Origin: Cetorhinus maximus
Lineage: Eukaryota
Assembly (NCBI RefSeq): GCF_964194155.1
Contig: NC_135905.1
Coordinates: 12,152,001-12,216,000 of the forward strand
DNA: 64,000 nucleotides
Direction of reading: 5' to 3'
The notes under the pieces were generated by a model. That model was not told where the DNA came from. It saw only the letters and a list, made by a program, of their open reading frames with translations, and made no database searches. This document shows positions 24,092 to 36,809 of this stretch, in pieces. A program made the translations under genes and the position numbers. The stretch's first letter is position 1; the number at the start of each line of letters is the position of its first letter.

Positions 24092-24365
24092 ATTACGAAA
24101 ACAGATTTGCTGGTTATTAACGCATTGCTGTTTTTGGGATCTTGCTGTGCACAAATTGGCTGCGGCGTTCTGGACATTACAACAGTAACTGCACTTCAAA
24201 AATAGTCCCCTGCTCCTCTTTGAAATAGTGCCACGGGATCTTCTCTGTCCACCTAAGGGGCTACTGGGGCCTTGGTGTAATGGCTCATCTGAAAGATGGC
24301 ACCTTTGACAGCGCAGCACTACCAGAGTACTGCGCGGAAGATTCAGCCCGGATTTTTGTGCAAGT
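24092..24365. mobile_element. Two Deu-SINE fragments in opposite orientation (24092-24203 plus, 24205-24365 minus)
   Basis: AAACAGATT..GG..ATT...GGGATCTTGCTGTGCACAAATTGGCTGC on plus, followed by the reverse complement of the SINE 5' body. Confidence 0.65.
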
Positions 24366-24654
24366 CTTTCTTTAAGGGTGGGAGAGAAATTTTTCAGACT
24401 TTTTGCTCTACTTGGCCTGAGTTTTTAATCTGTTTGTTTCCCTTGATTAATAGGGGTGGGAAATCCATTTTATTGTGATGCAGCTTCCAAAAAAACAAGA
24501 GGGGGGGAATATCTGTCATGAAAAAGTGAGCTTTGTAGCTGCCTTTGACCCGATGTTGCTGGCCACAATCCCATTGGATTGCCACTGAAAGGAAATAATA
24601 TGCCAAAAAAAAAAAATCACGAGAAAAGATTGTACCACATTCTTTGATGTAATA

Positions 24655-24962
24655 ACACTTTGCAAACCCGTGACCTCTACCATCTAGAAGGACAAGAATA
24701 GCAGATAGATGGGAACACCACCACCTGGAAGTTCCCCTCCAAGTCACTCACCATCCTGACTTGGAAATATATCGCCGTTCCTTTACTGTCGCTGGGTCAA
24801 AATCCTGGAACTCCCTTCCTAACAGCACTGTGGATGTACCTACACCGCAGGGACTGCAGCGGTTCAAGAAGGCAGCTCACCACCACCTTCTCAAGGGGCA
24901 ATTAGGGCTGGGCAATAAATGCTGGCCTAACCAGCGACGCCCGCATCCCATGAACAAATATA
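24655..24962 (+). mobile_element. LINE family B, 3' end
   Basis: Well-preserved diagnostic tail. Confidence 0.88.
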
Positions 24963-27390
24963 TTTTTTTAAAAAACAATAATTATACCAATACTGTTGCA
25001 ACAGTCCTTTAATATGTTACAATTACCAAGAAGCTATTTTTAGAGGTTGGATATCATTGAGGAAATGGATGTGGCTCTGAAGCAGTTAAAATGCTTTGCT
25101 GGAGCTTACATTTCTTTGGCACAATATGAATCAGGCAGCTGATGGGGGAAAAAAGAAACAAAATCTATATGTGAAACATTTTGAACTGCACAAGAAACAT
25201 ATCACACGGTGTGGTTGTGATATAGTAATGAACATCCCAGCTCTGATGGGCGGGACCATGCTTTGCAATTATAAATAAGAGGGCTTGCAGTACACAGGAA
25301 GATTTCTAATTTAAGAGTAACATTATTGAGCCCTGCCTAAAACCTCAAAGAAATCTTTTTCCTTCCCAACACTTTCAACATCCTTTGTTTCTTCATCAGT
25401 GATTTGATCGATTCTGGTGAATATTGCTTCGCATTAGGAGCGAGAGCTTTAAATAGCTGCTTCATTTGACAATGTCAAGTCAATAATGCAATGCTTGACT
25501 AGCCCTCTCGTTACAGAGGCATCTACTCACACTGCCTTTGCTACGTTGTGGCAGCGTGTTGTGCTAATGCTTATGTAAGATGATCTGAAGGAGAGCTCAC
25601 ACAAAGAGCACTGGCAAATCACTGGCAAATAAGGTATCTCCACCTTCCATTGCAGTATAACTATATAGATGTGTCAATTTAATGAGTCAGTGTGATCAGT
25701 GATCTCTTGGGTTCCATCTATCATTTGTCCTGCATATTCAAGAGATTTCTACAGGGAATTGCTGTGTCCCAATAAATATATTCAAAAAGTGAATTAATAG
25801 GCATGCTCTGGTGTCTAATGGGAATAATCTAGTGCTTTAGCTGTACTTAAAATCTCAAGAGTCAGATTTATCTTTGCTGGAAGAACATTGGAACTATTTG
25901 TACAGATATCTCAATTAGTGCTCTATCTTGTGTTGAACAATGCTTCCACATTTGAAGTTTCACCAGCAATTGTACCTTTGCGTATTCCTCTGTGAGGCAG
26001 ATTTGACTGCCACTTAACACTAGGAAATTGGTTTAATTAATTTTGCATTTCACATCCGGTGAGGTATCATGCATCTGTAAAACATCACTAACTCGCCCGT
26101 CCTTCCCTTGAGTTTATTCCCATCCCTTTGAAAATCCTATTGCATACTAGGGTACAATTGAGCAGGTCCCAATAGTGCTTGCTCAGTACTGCCCACTACT
26201 TTCTCAACAGCAACAACAACTCTATTTATATCTCGCCTTTAACGCAAAACATCCCAAGACGCTTTGCAGAAGCATAATCGGACAAAAAAAAATCGAGACT
26301 ATAGAAGAAGGAGACATCAGGTCAGGTGGCCAACAGTTTGGTCAATGAATTAAGTTTTAAGGAGTATCTTAAAGGAGATACTCTGTCGTTCAGTGATTCA
26401 AGATGCCCCAGTGGCTAATCTTCAGGCGCAAACCTAAGCAGTGAATGGTACAGGAAGAACTCTTGCTGTTGTGTTTCTCGTCTCCTTTGAACATCGGGAG
26501 GCAATTTAATCGGGCAGAGCATGACAGGCTTATCACCATGGCAACTGACCATGTCCTCCTTCCATTTTGGTGAAAGTATATTTAGTCACCATCACTCATT
26601 TTTATTCCCATAGCAGCCTATGGGAATTTGGCCCATTAGTAACTTTGACGTAGGCTGGTGCTCAATTTATATCATCCTGCCCTGAGTTTCGTTACACGGT
26701 GAGACTGTCTGGCCTCAGTAGATATTTAGAAGTGGCTGATCAGAGGGGCAAAGAGAACTGGAAATGAGTAGAGTAGGAGACGGAAAACAACAAGAATTCC
26801 TCCAGCTCTATAACTGGAAGCCAAGGATAAGGAATGTCAATTCCTTAAGGAATGTCAATGGGAATGGACAGAGAATTAATATACTCAAAGAAAACTATGC
26901 TAAAGTTCCCATTAGAGAAGAATAGATTTAGGTGGAGAAGATTCTGCCTGATGAACCTCCTTGATTTTTACCAGAAATGCTCTTCCCAAATGGACAGGAC
27001 AGAATAACTTGCGCACTATTCGATTTTCAAAACACCTTCAATAAAGGCCTTCTTGAAAGACTGTCATGAAAGTGAAGATAGAACAAAGCTTAAGGCGAAA
27101 CCTGGTTGTGGATGAAACATAGAAAGCGATGAGTAGGGGAAGTGAGGGGGCAAAGTACCAAATGCGGTCCCCAGGGGGCAGTGCTAGCACTCTAGGATTA
27201 TTCCTCATCTATATTAATGACTTGGGGATTAGACATTCAACTCAAGCCGGTCAGTTTTGTGGTTGATATTAAATCAGAGGGGGAATTTGCAAGCTGGACG
27301 AAGCAACAAGGGATCTCCAAATGGCATCAGATAAAATTTACAAACAGAATATCAGTGGCAGCTGAAATTCATATGGTCAGGTAAACTACA

Positions 27391-27932
27391 TTGTTATTGT
27401 TATTGGTATCTGTCCATCTCAGGAGATGGGGGATTGTGCCTGGGATGGATGTCACCTCTGTATTGAACATCGTCTGTTGTGGCTGTGGAGGCTCTCGTGA
27501 GTGGCAGTCCCTTCCACAGCTGGCACAGATGGCCCGAGGCCAACTGGTGTTTTTTTTTCCCTTCCGGTGGGCTCTCTTTTCCTCCATTTCTTCTGTCCTC
27601 TGCTTTTTCCACACCCTTCCTGACTGCTTGTCTCCCAGGCATTCTGCTCAACAGCAAGGACTTCCCATGCATTGACTCCAATCCCGGTCAACTTGAAGCC
27701 TCGCTTGCAGACATCCTTGTATCGCAGACGTGCATGACCTGTTGGTCTCGTGCCGATATCAAGCTCGCCATAGAGCATGTCTTCGGGGATGTGGCCGCCA
27801 TACTTTCGACTCATATATCCAGCCAACGAAGTCGCCGCTGACTCAAGAGGGCAGGCGTGCTGGGGATCCCTGCACGCTGGGTTTACTTCCATATTCGGCA
27901 CTCTGTCCTGCCGACAGATCCCCAATATTCAT
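27391..27932 (-). mobile_element. RTE-clade (BovB-like) LINE 3' end
   Basis: DRVPNMEV...HIPEDMLYGELDIGTRPTGHARLRYKDVCKR...CASCGRDCHSR, ending in an (AAT/AAC)n tail. Confidence 0.88.
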
Positions 27933-27965
27933 CTGAGGGGGGTTGAAGCTGTTCAAGTAAGTTTT

Positions 27966-29061
27966 GGGCCAGAACTTCAGAGAACTGTCTCTCTGCTCCT
28001 TTTTACTTACCTTAGTTGGGAGCTGCACCTTTCTCGCCCGCCCTTCCGACTCGGGCCTGGCGAGGGTAGTGCAGTGCAGCGGGTTCCCGAGGCCTTCAGT
28101 CTAGGGCAGCCTCATCGGGGGAATTGAAGACACGCCCCCTTTTTTACAGTACTAGCTGCTGGAAGTTTAAAGCAGGTAAGTTTAAAGGCCCCAGCTATTT
28201 TGAGAAGCCAGGGAGAAGGTAAATGTGTAAGGTAAGTGGGTAGGTTTGGAGTGTAGGGGGGGGTACTAGGATGGGTCGGGTGGAGGGGAGTCGGAAGGGT
28301 AGTCAGGGGTTGTAGGGTATTTGGGGTGTCGGGAAGGTAGTTTGGGAGGTGGGGCATAGTCGAGGGTGGGGGTCGGGTGGTTGGTCAGGATTTGGGAAGA
28401 TAGTCAGGAGTTGGGAGTAGTTGGGGGTTGAGGGGTTGGTCGGGGGGGGCGGTGGTGCTGAGGTTGTGGTCGGAGGGGTGTGAGGCGGTTGTCGGGATGG
28501 GGGTAGTCGGGGGCTGAGGGAGTAGTCAGGGAGCATGGGGGCACAGTCAGGAGGGTTGTTGTGTTGTGGGAGATTAGTTGGGGGTTAGCAGGGTAGTTGG
28601 CGGGTTGGGAGGGTAGTTGGGGCTGGGGGTAGTCGGGGGGGGGTGGGGGTAGTTGCAGGGTGGGGAGTAGTCGGGAGGTGTGAGGAGGTAGTCGGGGATT
28701 GGGAAGATAGTCAGGGGCTTGGGAGGATGGATGTGGGGTAGTCAAGGGGGTCAGGAGGACCATAGGGGGGAGTCGGAGGTGGGTGATCAGTACCATAGTT
28801 ACCCAGGTCTTAGGAGCGGTTTTAATTCTTTTAACTTTCCCTGGATAACTATTCTGCTAAGAAGTTGGAACCATCAGAAGTCTCCGAGTTAAATTGGAGC
28901 GTTGGATGGTTCCCTGTGCTGGGTAATTGTCCATCAGAAGTTTGAAATTCCTGGACAATTGTCGTGCGTTCCTTGCATGGGGGCTTCTGGGGGTGCATCC
29001 CAGCGCATCTTCTGGGGTACCTCTGGGCTATGACTCCCCCAGTGATTGAAAGTTATGGGCC
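27966..29061. mobile_element. Harbinger-type non-autonomous element with a ~570-bp G-rich degenerate repeat (28220-28790)
   Basis: Ends GGGCCAGAACTTCA and (rc) GGCCCATAACTTTCA; internal GGGTAGTCGGG-like iterations. Confidence 0.6.
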
Positions 29062-29134
29062 ATATAAGGGGTGAAATAGCTGAAGATTAAGTGGAAAGGG
29101 ATCTGAGATTAATAGTTAATTAATCGTTTGGTAG

Positions 29135-29710
29135 TACAGAACTTAAGCGTTGCTGAATAGAGAGACATGTTGAAGTTTTTCATCTTGCACTCATCAGGAC
29201 ACTTCGCAAGAATACCAATATAAAGGGAAAACGACAATTTATACTGTATGTGAAGAGAGTGATGATTGGTTGGCAAGTGGACTCTGATTGGTAGAGGCAT
29301 TGCCATGGAGAATGCACCAGTGATGGTAGCTGACAACTAACTGCCAAGCATTGTTTGAAATTTAAACCTGGCATTTCAAGCTGCCAGGTCTGGTTGGTCA
29401 CGACATTGTCCTGAGGAATGAGTCAGTGAACGGTTGTCACTCAGTCTGTTTAGCTGAAACAAGCACAGTATATGTACTTGTTCTTTCTGTCCGCAAAGAA
29501 CAGGGCCCTGTGTATTAGTATATGTAGTTTCCAGTACACACGAATACGTCACATTGCGAGCCCAACTTAAATTGTTTGTCAGCATAATTCTTAGCACATT
29601 GAGGGTTATGTAGCAAATGTTGTCTAGTCGCAGAATAACATTGAATGTTGGACACTGTGTTTTGAGTTTTGTAAGCATGGGCTGAATCTCAGTGGTGAAA
29701 TACAGCAAAT
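29135..29710 (-). mobile_element. Penelope-like element family B, 3' end (endonuclease C-terminus, 3' UTR, hammerhead motif)
   Basis: ARNVTYSCVLETTYTNTQGPVLCGQKEQVHILCLF resembles the PLE GIY-YIG C-terminus; paralog at 38705-39120; minus-strand GTC-CTGATGA-GTGCAAGAT-GAAA-AACTTC-AAC at 29201-29168. Confidence 0.7.
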
Positions 29711-29927
29711 AGAATGATAAATGATGTCGCTAGGTTAATTAAGTACAAGTTGGAAGATGTCACGTTAAAACTGCAGCATACTGGTCAGAGTGGACCTTGA
29801 ATACTGCGTTCTATTTTGGTCGCTAAGGTAAACTTCCAAGCCACGGAGGTGGTGCAGAGAAGAACCACAAGACACATCCTTAACATTACAGGTTTGACAT
29901 ACAAGGAATGAGGCCTATTTAACTTTG

Positions 29928-30096
29928 ATAGAAACAGAAACTAGGAGCAGGAGTAGGCCATTTGGCCCTTCGAGCCTGCTCCGCCATTCATTATGATCAT
30001 GGCTGATCATCCAACTCAATAGCCTGCTCCCGCTTTCTCCCCGTATCCTTTGATCACTTTCGCCCCAAGAGCTATATCTCACTCCTTCTTGAAACA
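29928..30096 (-). mobile_element. CR1 3' UTR fragment
   Basis: AGGAGCAGGAGTAGGCCATT.GGCCCTTCGAGCCTGCTCCGCCATTCA, as at 23460. Confidence 0.8.
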
Positions 30097-32300
30097 AGGT
30101 GACTGAGTGGGCTCTTCTAGAAACATACAAGGTACTAATAATGTAAGTCCAAAACACTACTTCAGAGTACACCAGAATATTAGGACAAAGAAGCCTAAGT
30201 TTAAAATAGAGAAGGATAATGTAGAGCAAAAGGTAGGAAGAACTTCAAACCTTTAAATGGTCCTCCAGGTATGAAGGTGGAGGTGAGAACTTAGAAAATG
30301 TTAGATGATTTGATGTGGGAAAGTGATGTTTGTTTTTCTTATTTCTGAACAGGTGAATTAAGCCAGGCCAAACAGTCACACTTAATTGGATCCAACCAGT
30401 GATCTAAAAAAGTGTAATGTCGAGTTGAATTAACAACATGGTCCCATATCACATTTGGACCTACACAGGCTGCACATCAATTGTTCCTACTCCAGGTTTG
30501 TGTTTCCACTGCTGTGTCTTTGTGTGTTTTTCAATTGTTTAAATGTATTCACTCTCCCACTGAGTGTGGGATTGAGCCAATGGGAGTTCCCAGGCTCAGC
30601 GCTCTAGCTTGCCTTTCTTTGAGTTAACCCTTCTCAGCTTGAACAGTAATGGGACAGGAATTTGCCTGAAAGTTCCTCAAATTGGAGAAAAAAAACACAA
30701 ATCGGAATTCTCGCTCCTGATCTCTGTCCGAAGGCTCCTGCAGGGATTTTTGTGTGATGGAGACGAGAGCAAGTTTGGGTCTGACAATCACAATGTCAAG
30801 CATTGGATGGCTGTTGTCTAGGATGACACTTCAGGATTGGTCATAGAGATGAGGTGCTGGGAGGTCACCAGAAATAGGGGCACTGCCCACCAACCACCCC
30901 TCAGCATGAATCACTGCCTTCAGAAGAGGACAAGCAGAAATTAGAAAAATAAAGTATTACAGCATTATGATAATTCAAACCTCGTTTTGCTTAGGGTGCA
31001 TGGGCAGGTTTAAATGATGTTTTTTTTCTGATATCTGGGCACCAATGTAACATCTGCCCTCTTCTCTGTCCCCCCACCAGATGGGGATTGTGCTGACATA
31101 CCAGTGCAACACATGCGTGTGAATCTTTACTAGTGTCAGGGGATTCAGTTTGGGGATCTACAGCAGCCCAGTGAGAATCTGCTGATGGGGAACCATCTTT
31201 GCCTCTGCTGCTCACATCAGGAGGCACTCACTAGAATAAAGGTCATAGCACACACAACTCTAAAGGTCAGTGCTTTTGAATTGATCCTGTCTGAAGGCTG
31301 TTCTCAATTCATATGTCCTGCACATGCCCCCTGCCCCTCTAAAGTTGGACCCTTCCTTCTTTCTCTCTCCCATGCTTCCACAATAAGGGGCTAATCTTTC
31401 AGTGACCATCAGGTAAATTCTACATTTTGGCTCACTCCGTGTGGAATTGGAAAATTGCACACTCCCAACCTTTGATTTTCCACCTCAATGTGAATGTCCT
31501 AATATACATTCACTGCAGTGACAGTGCCATACCAGGAGGTCCGGAGCAGAGAATGTACTCTTACAATCTCTGTTCCTTGGAATTTTTTCCAAATAAGTTC
31601 TTCTTATTCCCAGTACCTTTCTAAAAGCCCATCTCACCAACCTGGGTTTGGACTTCTCTCTGCAACTCCCTCCCCATTCCTCCTTAGTCTGCGTGTGCAC
31701 CGTTATCTTGCAAAGACTTGTGGTTTTTTTGTCGAATTTGCATGATGGTCACGCACAACCAGAAAACTCAAAGCGCTGCTGCAGCTATTCAGAAATGGCA
31801 TCAGCAGCCATTAAAATGGCTCTCATTTGGTGTGAGGAGAACAGGGGTGGATTAAAACTTCACGCTAGCCAGTGGAACCTTCTGGATAACGCTTGGACCC
31901 GTGTGTCAACGGTCCTCTGGCAAATGCAGATGTGTTTAGTAAGGCTGATGGAGATTGGCTTGCTTGGTTGTCAAGAACATCCCATCCACGAAGAATGAAG
32001 TAAAATGCTTGACAGGAGCTAGCGCTGTGGTGATTTCTGCCTGTAGGCAGTGCAGCAATTTGAAATTGCCATTCGGTTGTGATTTATTGGAAAAGGAAAC
32101 AAAAAACGCTGACCTTGCTCCACTGTACATCAGTCAACTATTTGTTATATCTGCTGGTCGCAAGTTAATCAATACTGCAGCTAACAGCTCTGTTTGCCAA
32201 CATAGAGTTAGAACCATTGAAGCAGGGATGACCTTGACTAGAAGTGTTGTCCCCTTGTTGGAGCTGACTGCAATCCCTATGCATCAGATGGTGTGACTAC

Positions 32301-33682
32301 TGGCTGGATTTAATAGGGCCCCCAAGTTCCTGGCCCTCCTCCCAGCAGAAAAGTCAGTGGCGAGAACACCCCCCACTCCAGTGACTCACCCCACAGCCAT
32401 TTAACACTCGGAGGGGCGTTAATTGACTTGAGGCGAGATTCCCACCCCCAGTCTGGGAAGACGGTTCCACCTCTAAGAGCTGCCGGTTAATCAAGTGATC
32501 CGATGGGCATGGTGGGTGCAGGGAGGGGTATCGCCAGGCTGGAGGGGGGAACAGTAACTAGGGAGCTGTGAAGACTTGCGGGAGAGGGGGGTGGCCTCTG
32601 ATGGATCTGGTGGTGGGGGGGCATTAAGGAGGTACACCCCTTGCCCACTGTTATGACCCAGCAGTTTGGTAAAGCTGAGTTATTTAAAAATCCCAGAGGG
32701 AAGCTTCAAACAACTGTCATAACCTATATTTTTAAGTGGTATGTTTGAGATGCAACTCTAAATTCAGGGATCGGACCACCAGTTCTCGAGAGGTTTTATA
32801 TTAAACTAAATGAGACATTTTATTAATTTAAGTTAAACATATACACATGGCTACAAATTACTAGGATCATAACTTTTAACAAATTCCCAAACTAATCTGC
32901 ATTAAGGGAGCAGCAACCCGTAGACTTAACCAGACACCAGGCAAAGCATTTTAACCATACAAATTCAAAATGAGGATCTTTTCACTTTGGTTCATGTGGA
33001 GACAATTGTAGGCTTACAGTTGCTTTGATCTTACATTGCCTCTTCCCTGCACATACAAAACTACTGAAGTTATACCTAGCACAGCTCATTGAATGTAAAT
33101 TCTCACTATATCACCAGCCTCTTTGAATTCTACCTCTTCTAATAATAAAATCCCTTTCATAGTGCCAATTTTATTAGCAATATAAACATATTGCTTGGTC
33201 TCTGCTAGCGAGGTGCCAGATTTCACCCCACTTCTTGAATGCTCTTTTCAAAAAATGCAATTGTACTCTACCTCTCTTACATCTCAAAACTAGTACACAG
33301 CAAAGTACCCAGACTAGCTGGCTTTAATCCAATTAAGATACACCCACAGGCTAAATCTCTATTTTACAAGAAAAATATTTTCCAATAATATTATATACAT
33401 TAATAGCTTCAAGACACCCACCACTAACCGACACAGAGAGAGTTGCCGGGCCGGACAGTTGGCGTGGGTGTCTTCTGCCACTGGTTAAATCCTAACAACA
33501 GTGGGATGGGGCCCTTAAGTGAGCATTAATTGGCAACTTAAAGGTCTTAAATGGACCACGGGTGGGTGGGCAACCCGAGGCCTCCCCAGCGCTGATAAAA
33601 TTGCAGCATGGATGGATGGGTAGGCAACGAGCACAGCTCCCCATCTGCAAACTCGCTGCCAGGGACCAATAAAATTCGGCCC
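32301..33682. mobile_element. Harbinger-type non-autonomous element split by a solo LTR
   Basis: Ends GGCTGGATTTAAT and (rc) GGGCCGAATTTTATT; internal TTAATTG motifs typical of these elements. Confidence 0.6.
32649..33416 (-). mobile_element. Solo LTR, 768 bp, with perfect 5-bp TSD
   Basis: TGTTATGA...TCAAGACA termini; CCCAC at 32644-32648 and 33417-33421; AT-rich island in a GC-rich host; minus-strand AATAAA near 32820. Confidence 0.85.
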
Positions 33683-34687
33683 TCTATGTCTGCTGGAGTT
33701 CTCCTTCACCAGGGCAACGCCAGGTAGCTGTGCCCAGGCTTATAGATACATTTGGCAGCATAATGGCAGATTGTGGGTAGCCTGCTTCAGTCCCATCTGG
33801 TTCCGCAGCAATGATCCTCCCCGTCCCCTTGCATAAGCACCTGTCATGGGTACACTTTTCATATCTTGCAATGGATTGGCGGAAGAAAAAAGAGCAGTGT
33901 ATCTTTAAGAGATCTTTGTCAGCCCGAGTTGCCATTTTAAATGGGTGTGATTAGCACCAGGCAGGAAAAGAATCCATCCACGTGCAGCCTTGCTATATCC
34001 TTTTAGGAATGCCATATACCTGTGTACTGAAGCTTTTGCACTGTATTAGGGAAAAAACACCTGTGGATAGCCTGGCCAGGAATTATTGGGCACTATATGA
34101 ATTGAGTGGGGAGCTGAAGAGTAGGTGAGCTTCTACTTTTTCCGATCCCCCTCCCCTGCTTACCCACTGATGCAAGTAATTCCAGGGCAGGGACCCTACA
34201 GTGGACCAACAAAATGCACTTTCCTTTCCCTTCTCTTACCTTTGCAGTCGAACTGGAATACTGAATAAAAAGCCATTGATTTGTGTATTGGTATCAGTCA
34301 TGAATGGGACCTTGGTGACTTATGGATGTCCACGCCATGAGTTACTCTGCTATTCATGAGTGTAGGATGGGTGTTCTGCTGCACATCCTTTACTGAATCT
34401 CAAACCTCATTTTATTAGCAATGCAAGCATTGTACTTTCCTTCCAGTAGTTAAAAGGAAATGGGTACGATAAATATTTGAGTCAAATGTAGAGTCTTTTA
34501 AACACTTTAATAGGTGTTTTGGGCTTTCAGTTAATCCTGGTTTCAATTTTATGAAATCCTTTATAGAGTCTAGTTTAAAGCCTATAATTGTGATCTATTC
34601 TATCAGCGAATCCCAACTGTGCACTGTTCCCTTTGGCACTCTTTTTATACCTCATGAAGTAACTTGGTTTAGAAGGGGAACAGTTCA

Positions 34688-35210
34688 GGAGGTGGGGTTG
34701 GTGGGGGAGGTGGGGTTGGTGGTGCCACAAGATGGAGGTGTCACCTAGTTGTCCTTGCAGCCTCAGCAACAGTCACTGCCTCTCTCGCCTCTAGCGAGGT
34801 TTCTTAGCTGTGATTGCATGGACTGCCCACCCATCGTCCTTAATTGAGAGGCCGCCTCCAGGAAAATGTTGGTACTTGCGCCCTTTCGAGAAAATCCCAA
34901 CCCTTCACCCTCACCCCTCTCTCTAGTTTCTCAAGCAAACACATTGTTGTGCAGTTGGTCTGCTTGAGAAACTAGAGAGAGGGGTGAGGGTGAAGGGTTG
35001 GGATTTTCTCGAAAGGGCGCAAGTACCAACATTTTCCTGGAGGCGGCCTCTCAGTTAAGAACGATGGGTGGGCAGTCCATGCAATCACAGCTAAGAAACC
35101 TCGCTAGAAGCGAGAGAGGCAGTGACTGTTGCTGAGGCTGCAAGGACAACTAGGTGACACATCCATCTTGGGGCACCACCAACCCCACCTCCCCCACCAA
35201 CCCCACCTCC
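34688..35210. repeat. Long inverted repeat: 250-bp arms, 23-nt spacer, ~98% identity
   Basis: 34688-34937 is the reverse complement of 34961-35210, with 5 substitutions counted and no indels. Confidence 0.97.
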
Positions 35211-35545
35211 CCCAGCCCCCTCTCACCTCACCCCACCCCCTCACCTCCCCCCACCCACCCCCTCACCTCCCCCCACCCACCCCCTCACCTCCCCCCACCC
35301 ATCCCCTCACCTCCCCCCACCCACCCCCCTCAATGGCCCCGTCCCCTCCACTCTGAGAAGCCAGAGGGAGACAACCTGCTTGCAGCTTCAGCCTCCCTAT
35401 GTGGCACAGTGCCGCTCCATTGCTGGCATAATGCTAGTAGCCTGGGGTAAGGGTCCTCAGCTGGGCCATTAATTGGTTAAATTGGCCACAGACTTGCGGT
35501 CACTCCAGCCGCTGCCTTTCCCGCCGCTGGAAAACTTTCCCAGTC
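34996..35545. mobile_element. Harbinger-type non-autonomous element with a C-rich (CCCCTCACCTCCCCCCACC) tract
   Basis: Starts GGGTTGGGATTTTC; candidate right end GGAAAACTTTCCC near 35541. Confidence 0.5.
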
Positions 35546-36032
35546 ATGGGACTGCGTCGTGAATCCATTCCGACATGGGTTCCCAGTGTTTGCCTGAAGG
35601 CCCACCACCACTTAGCCTGCCACCCAGGGGCTGGTACAACCTCACTCAAGGTGTTTCTCCAGAGAGAGACTCAAGCTATGTCACCTTGGTGGGCCTCCTC
35701 AACAGGAAGGAATTTGGGAACAGTGCAGTCAATTAACCCCCTCAGTCCGATAGTTATATGAGTCAAAATGGCCAGAGTCAAAACAGAAAATAACTGGCAG
35801 CAATAGGTAGAAATTAGATACACAAACTGGTAAATGATAAATACATCATTACGTAGAATATGATTTGATAACCTATCAAAAGGAGCTTGCTGTGTTAAAT
35901 CTTCTAACAATTCAGCTGTACTGATTAGATGCAAGGATGGTCAACTATAATTTCTGTGTACGTCTTACAAGGTCAAAGCAAGTATATTGTCGTTTTAAGA
36001 GCCTTCATGAAAATATGGCACCTTTGCATTAC

Positions 36033-36232
36033 CTGAGGCTTGTTCTCCTCCTCGTCCTTGTAATAGTAGAGCTGTTCACCCCTGAGGACAAACCAGCGCT
36101 GCTGCCAGTTCTTCATGATACTCCTCTGTTTCTTCAACCATCCTGATTTCAGTGCTTTATCCTGTAGACTGGGTGAGGATGGCCTGCTGGAGACTCTGCT
36201 CTGCTCTCCCATCACCATGCTTTTAGACCGGG
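36033..36232 (-). CDS. ARHGAP22: Rho GTPase-activating protein 22, coding exon 2 (200 nt, PH-domain start)
   Basis: (A)[66 protein letters not shown]. Acceptor TTTCTGTTGCCAG, donor CAG|GTAATG; phase 1 start matches exon 1. Confidence 0.95.
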
Positions 36233-36809
36233 CTGGCAACAGAAATAACAACGAGGTGAGAGCTGCAAAGACATCCTTTCAAATGTACCAATGTCAACAT
36301 TGAACAGAATTTATCAATACCAAAGTTTAACTGTGACAGAGCCATCCACAAAAAAAGTAATGTGTTTGAAATTTCCATGGCTAGGTCGAAGTTCAATTCA
36401 TGTCCACCATGTTATTTTTCAATATTTTGGCCCAAAGCTAAATTTTTAGAGAAAATAATTGTTACATTTCTGAAAGAAAGGCAACACCAGTTGAGTATTA
36501 CAAGGATGTAAAAGCATCACAGTTCAACATCGGGGAATAAGTCACCTTGAAGATGTATTTATGTTATGAGGGAAACCCACTTTTTGGAATCTGTATATCT
36601 CAATTGCTGGCTGTGTTACGAATGCCTGAGAACGTGGTCAGTCCTCCATTTCGTGTTTAACCTGAGGAACACTCCAGAATCTACCCTAGACCCGAGAGAT
36701 GTGTGATCTAAGGTTTGGCAACAAAATACCTCATTAATTAGAGCAGGGATGCTCAAGCCCTCAGTCTCCCAGGGTCACGTATGAGTTAGTCTTACAAATA
36801 GAGGGAAAA

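Larger units (their letters stand above)
26780..30300 (+). mobile_element. Very old CR1 RT remnant split by RTE, Harbinger, PLE and CR1 insertions (pieces ~26780-27390, 29062-29130, 29710-29925, 30100-30300)
   Basis: GATTTTCAAAA.ACCTTCAATAAA (DFxKAFDK), GTCCCCAGGGGGCAGTGCT (VPQGSVL), TATATTAATGACTTGG (YINDL), GAATACTGCGTTCTATTTTGG (EYCVxFW). Confidence 0.6.

Noticed and set aside
28112-28796. Proline-rich ORFs (also 35129-35450, 42541-43126)
   Set aside because: Translations of low-complexity C/G tracts with no splice or homology support.
35973-36251. 92-aa single-exon ORF as listed in the track
   Set aside because: Only 36033-36232 is exon; the flanking residues are intron read-through past clear splice sites.
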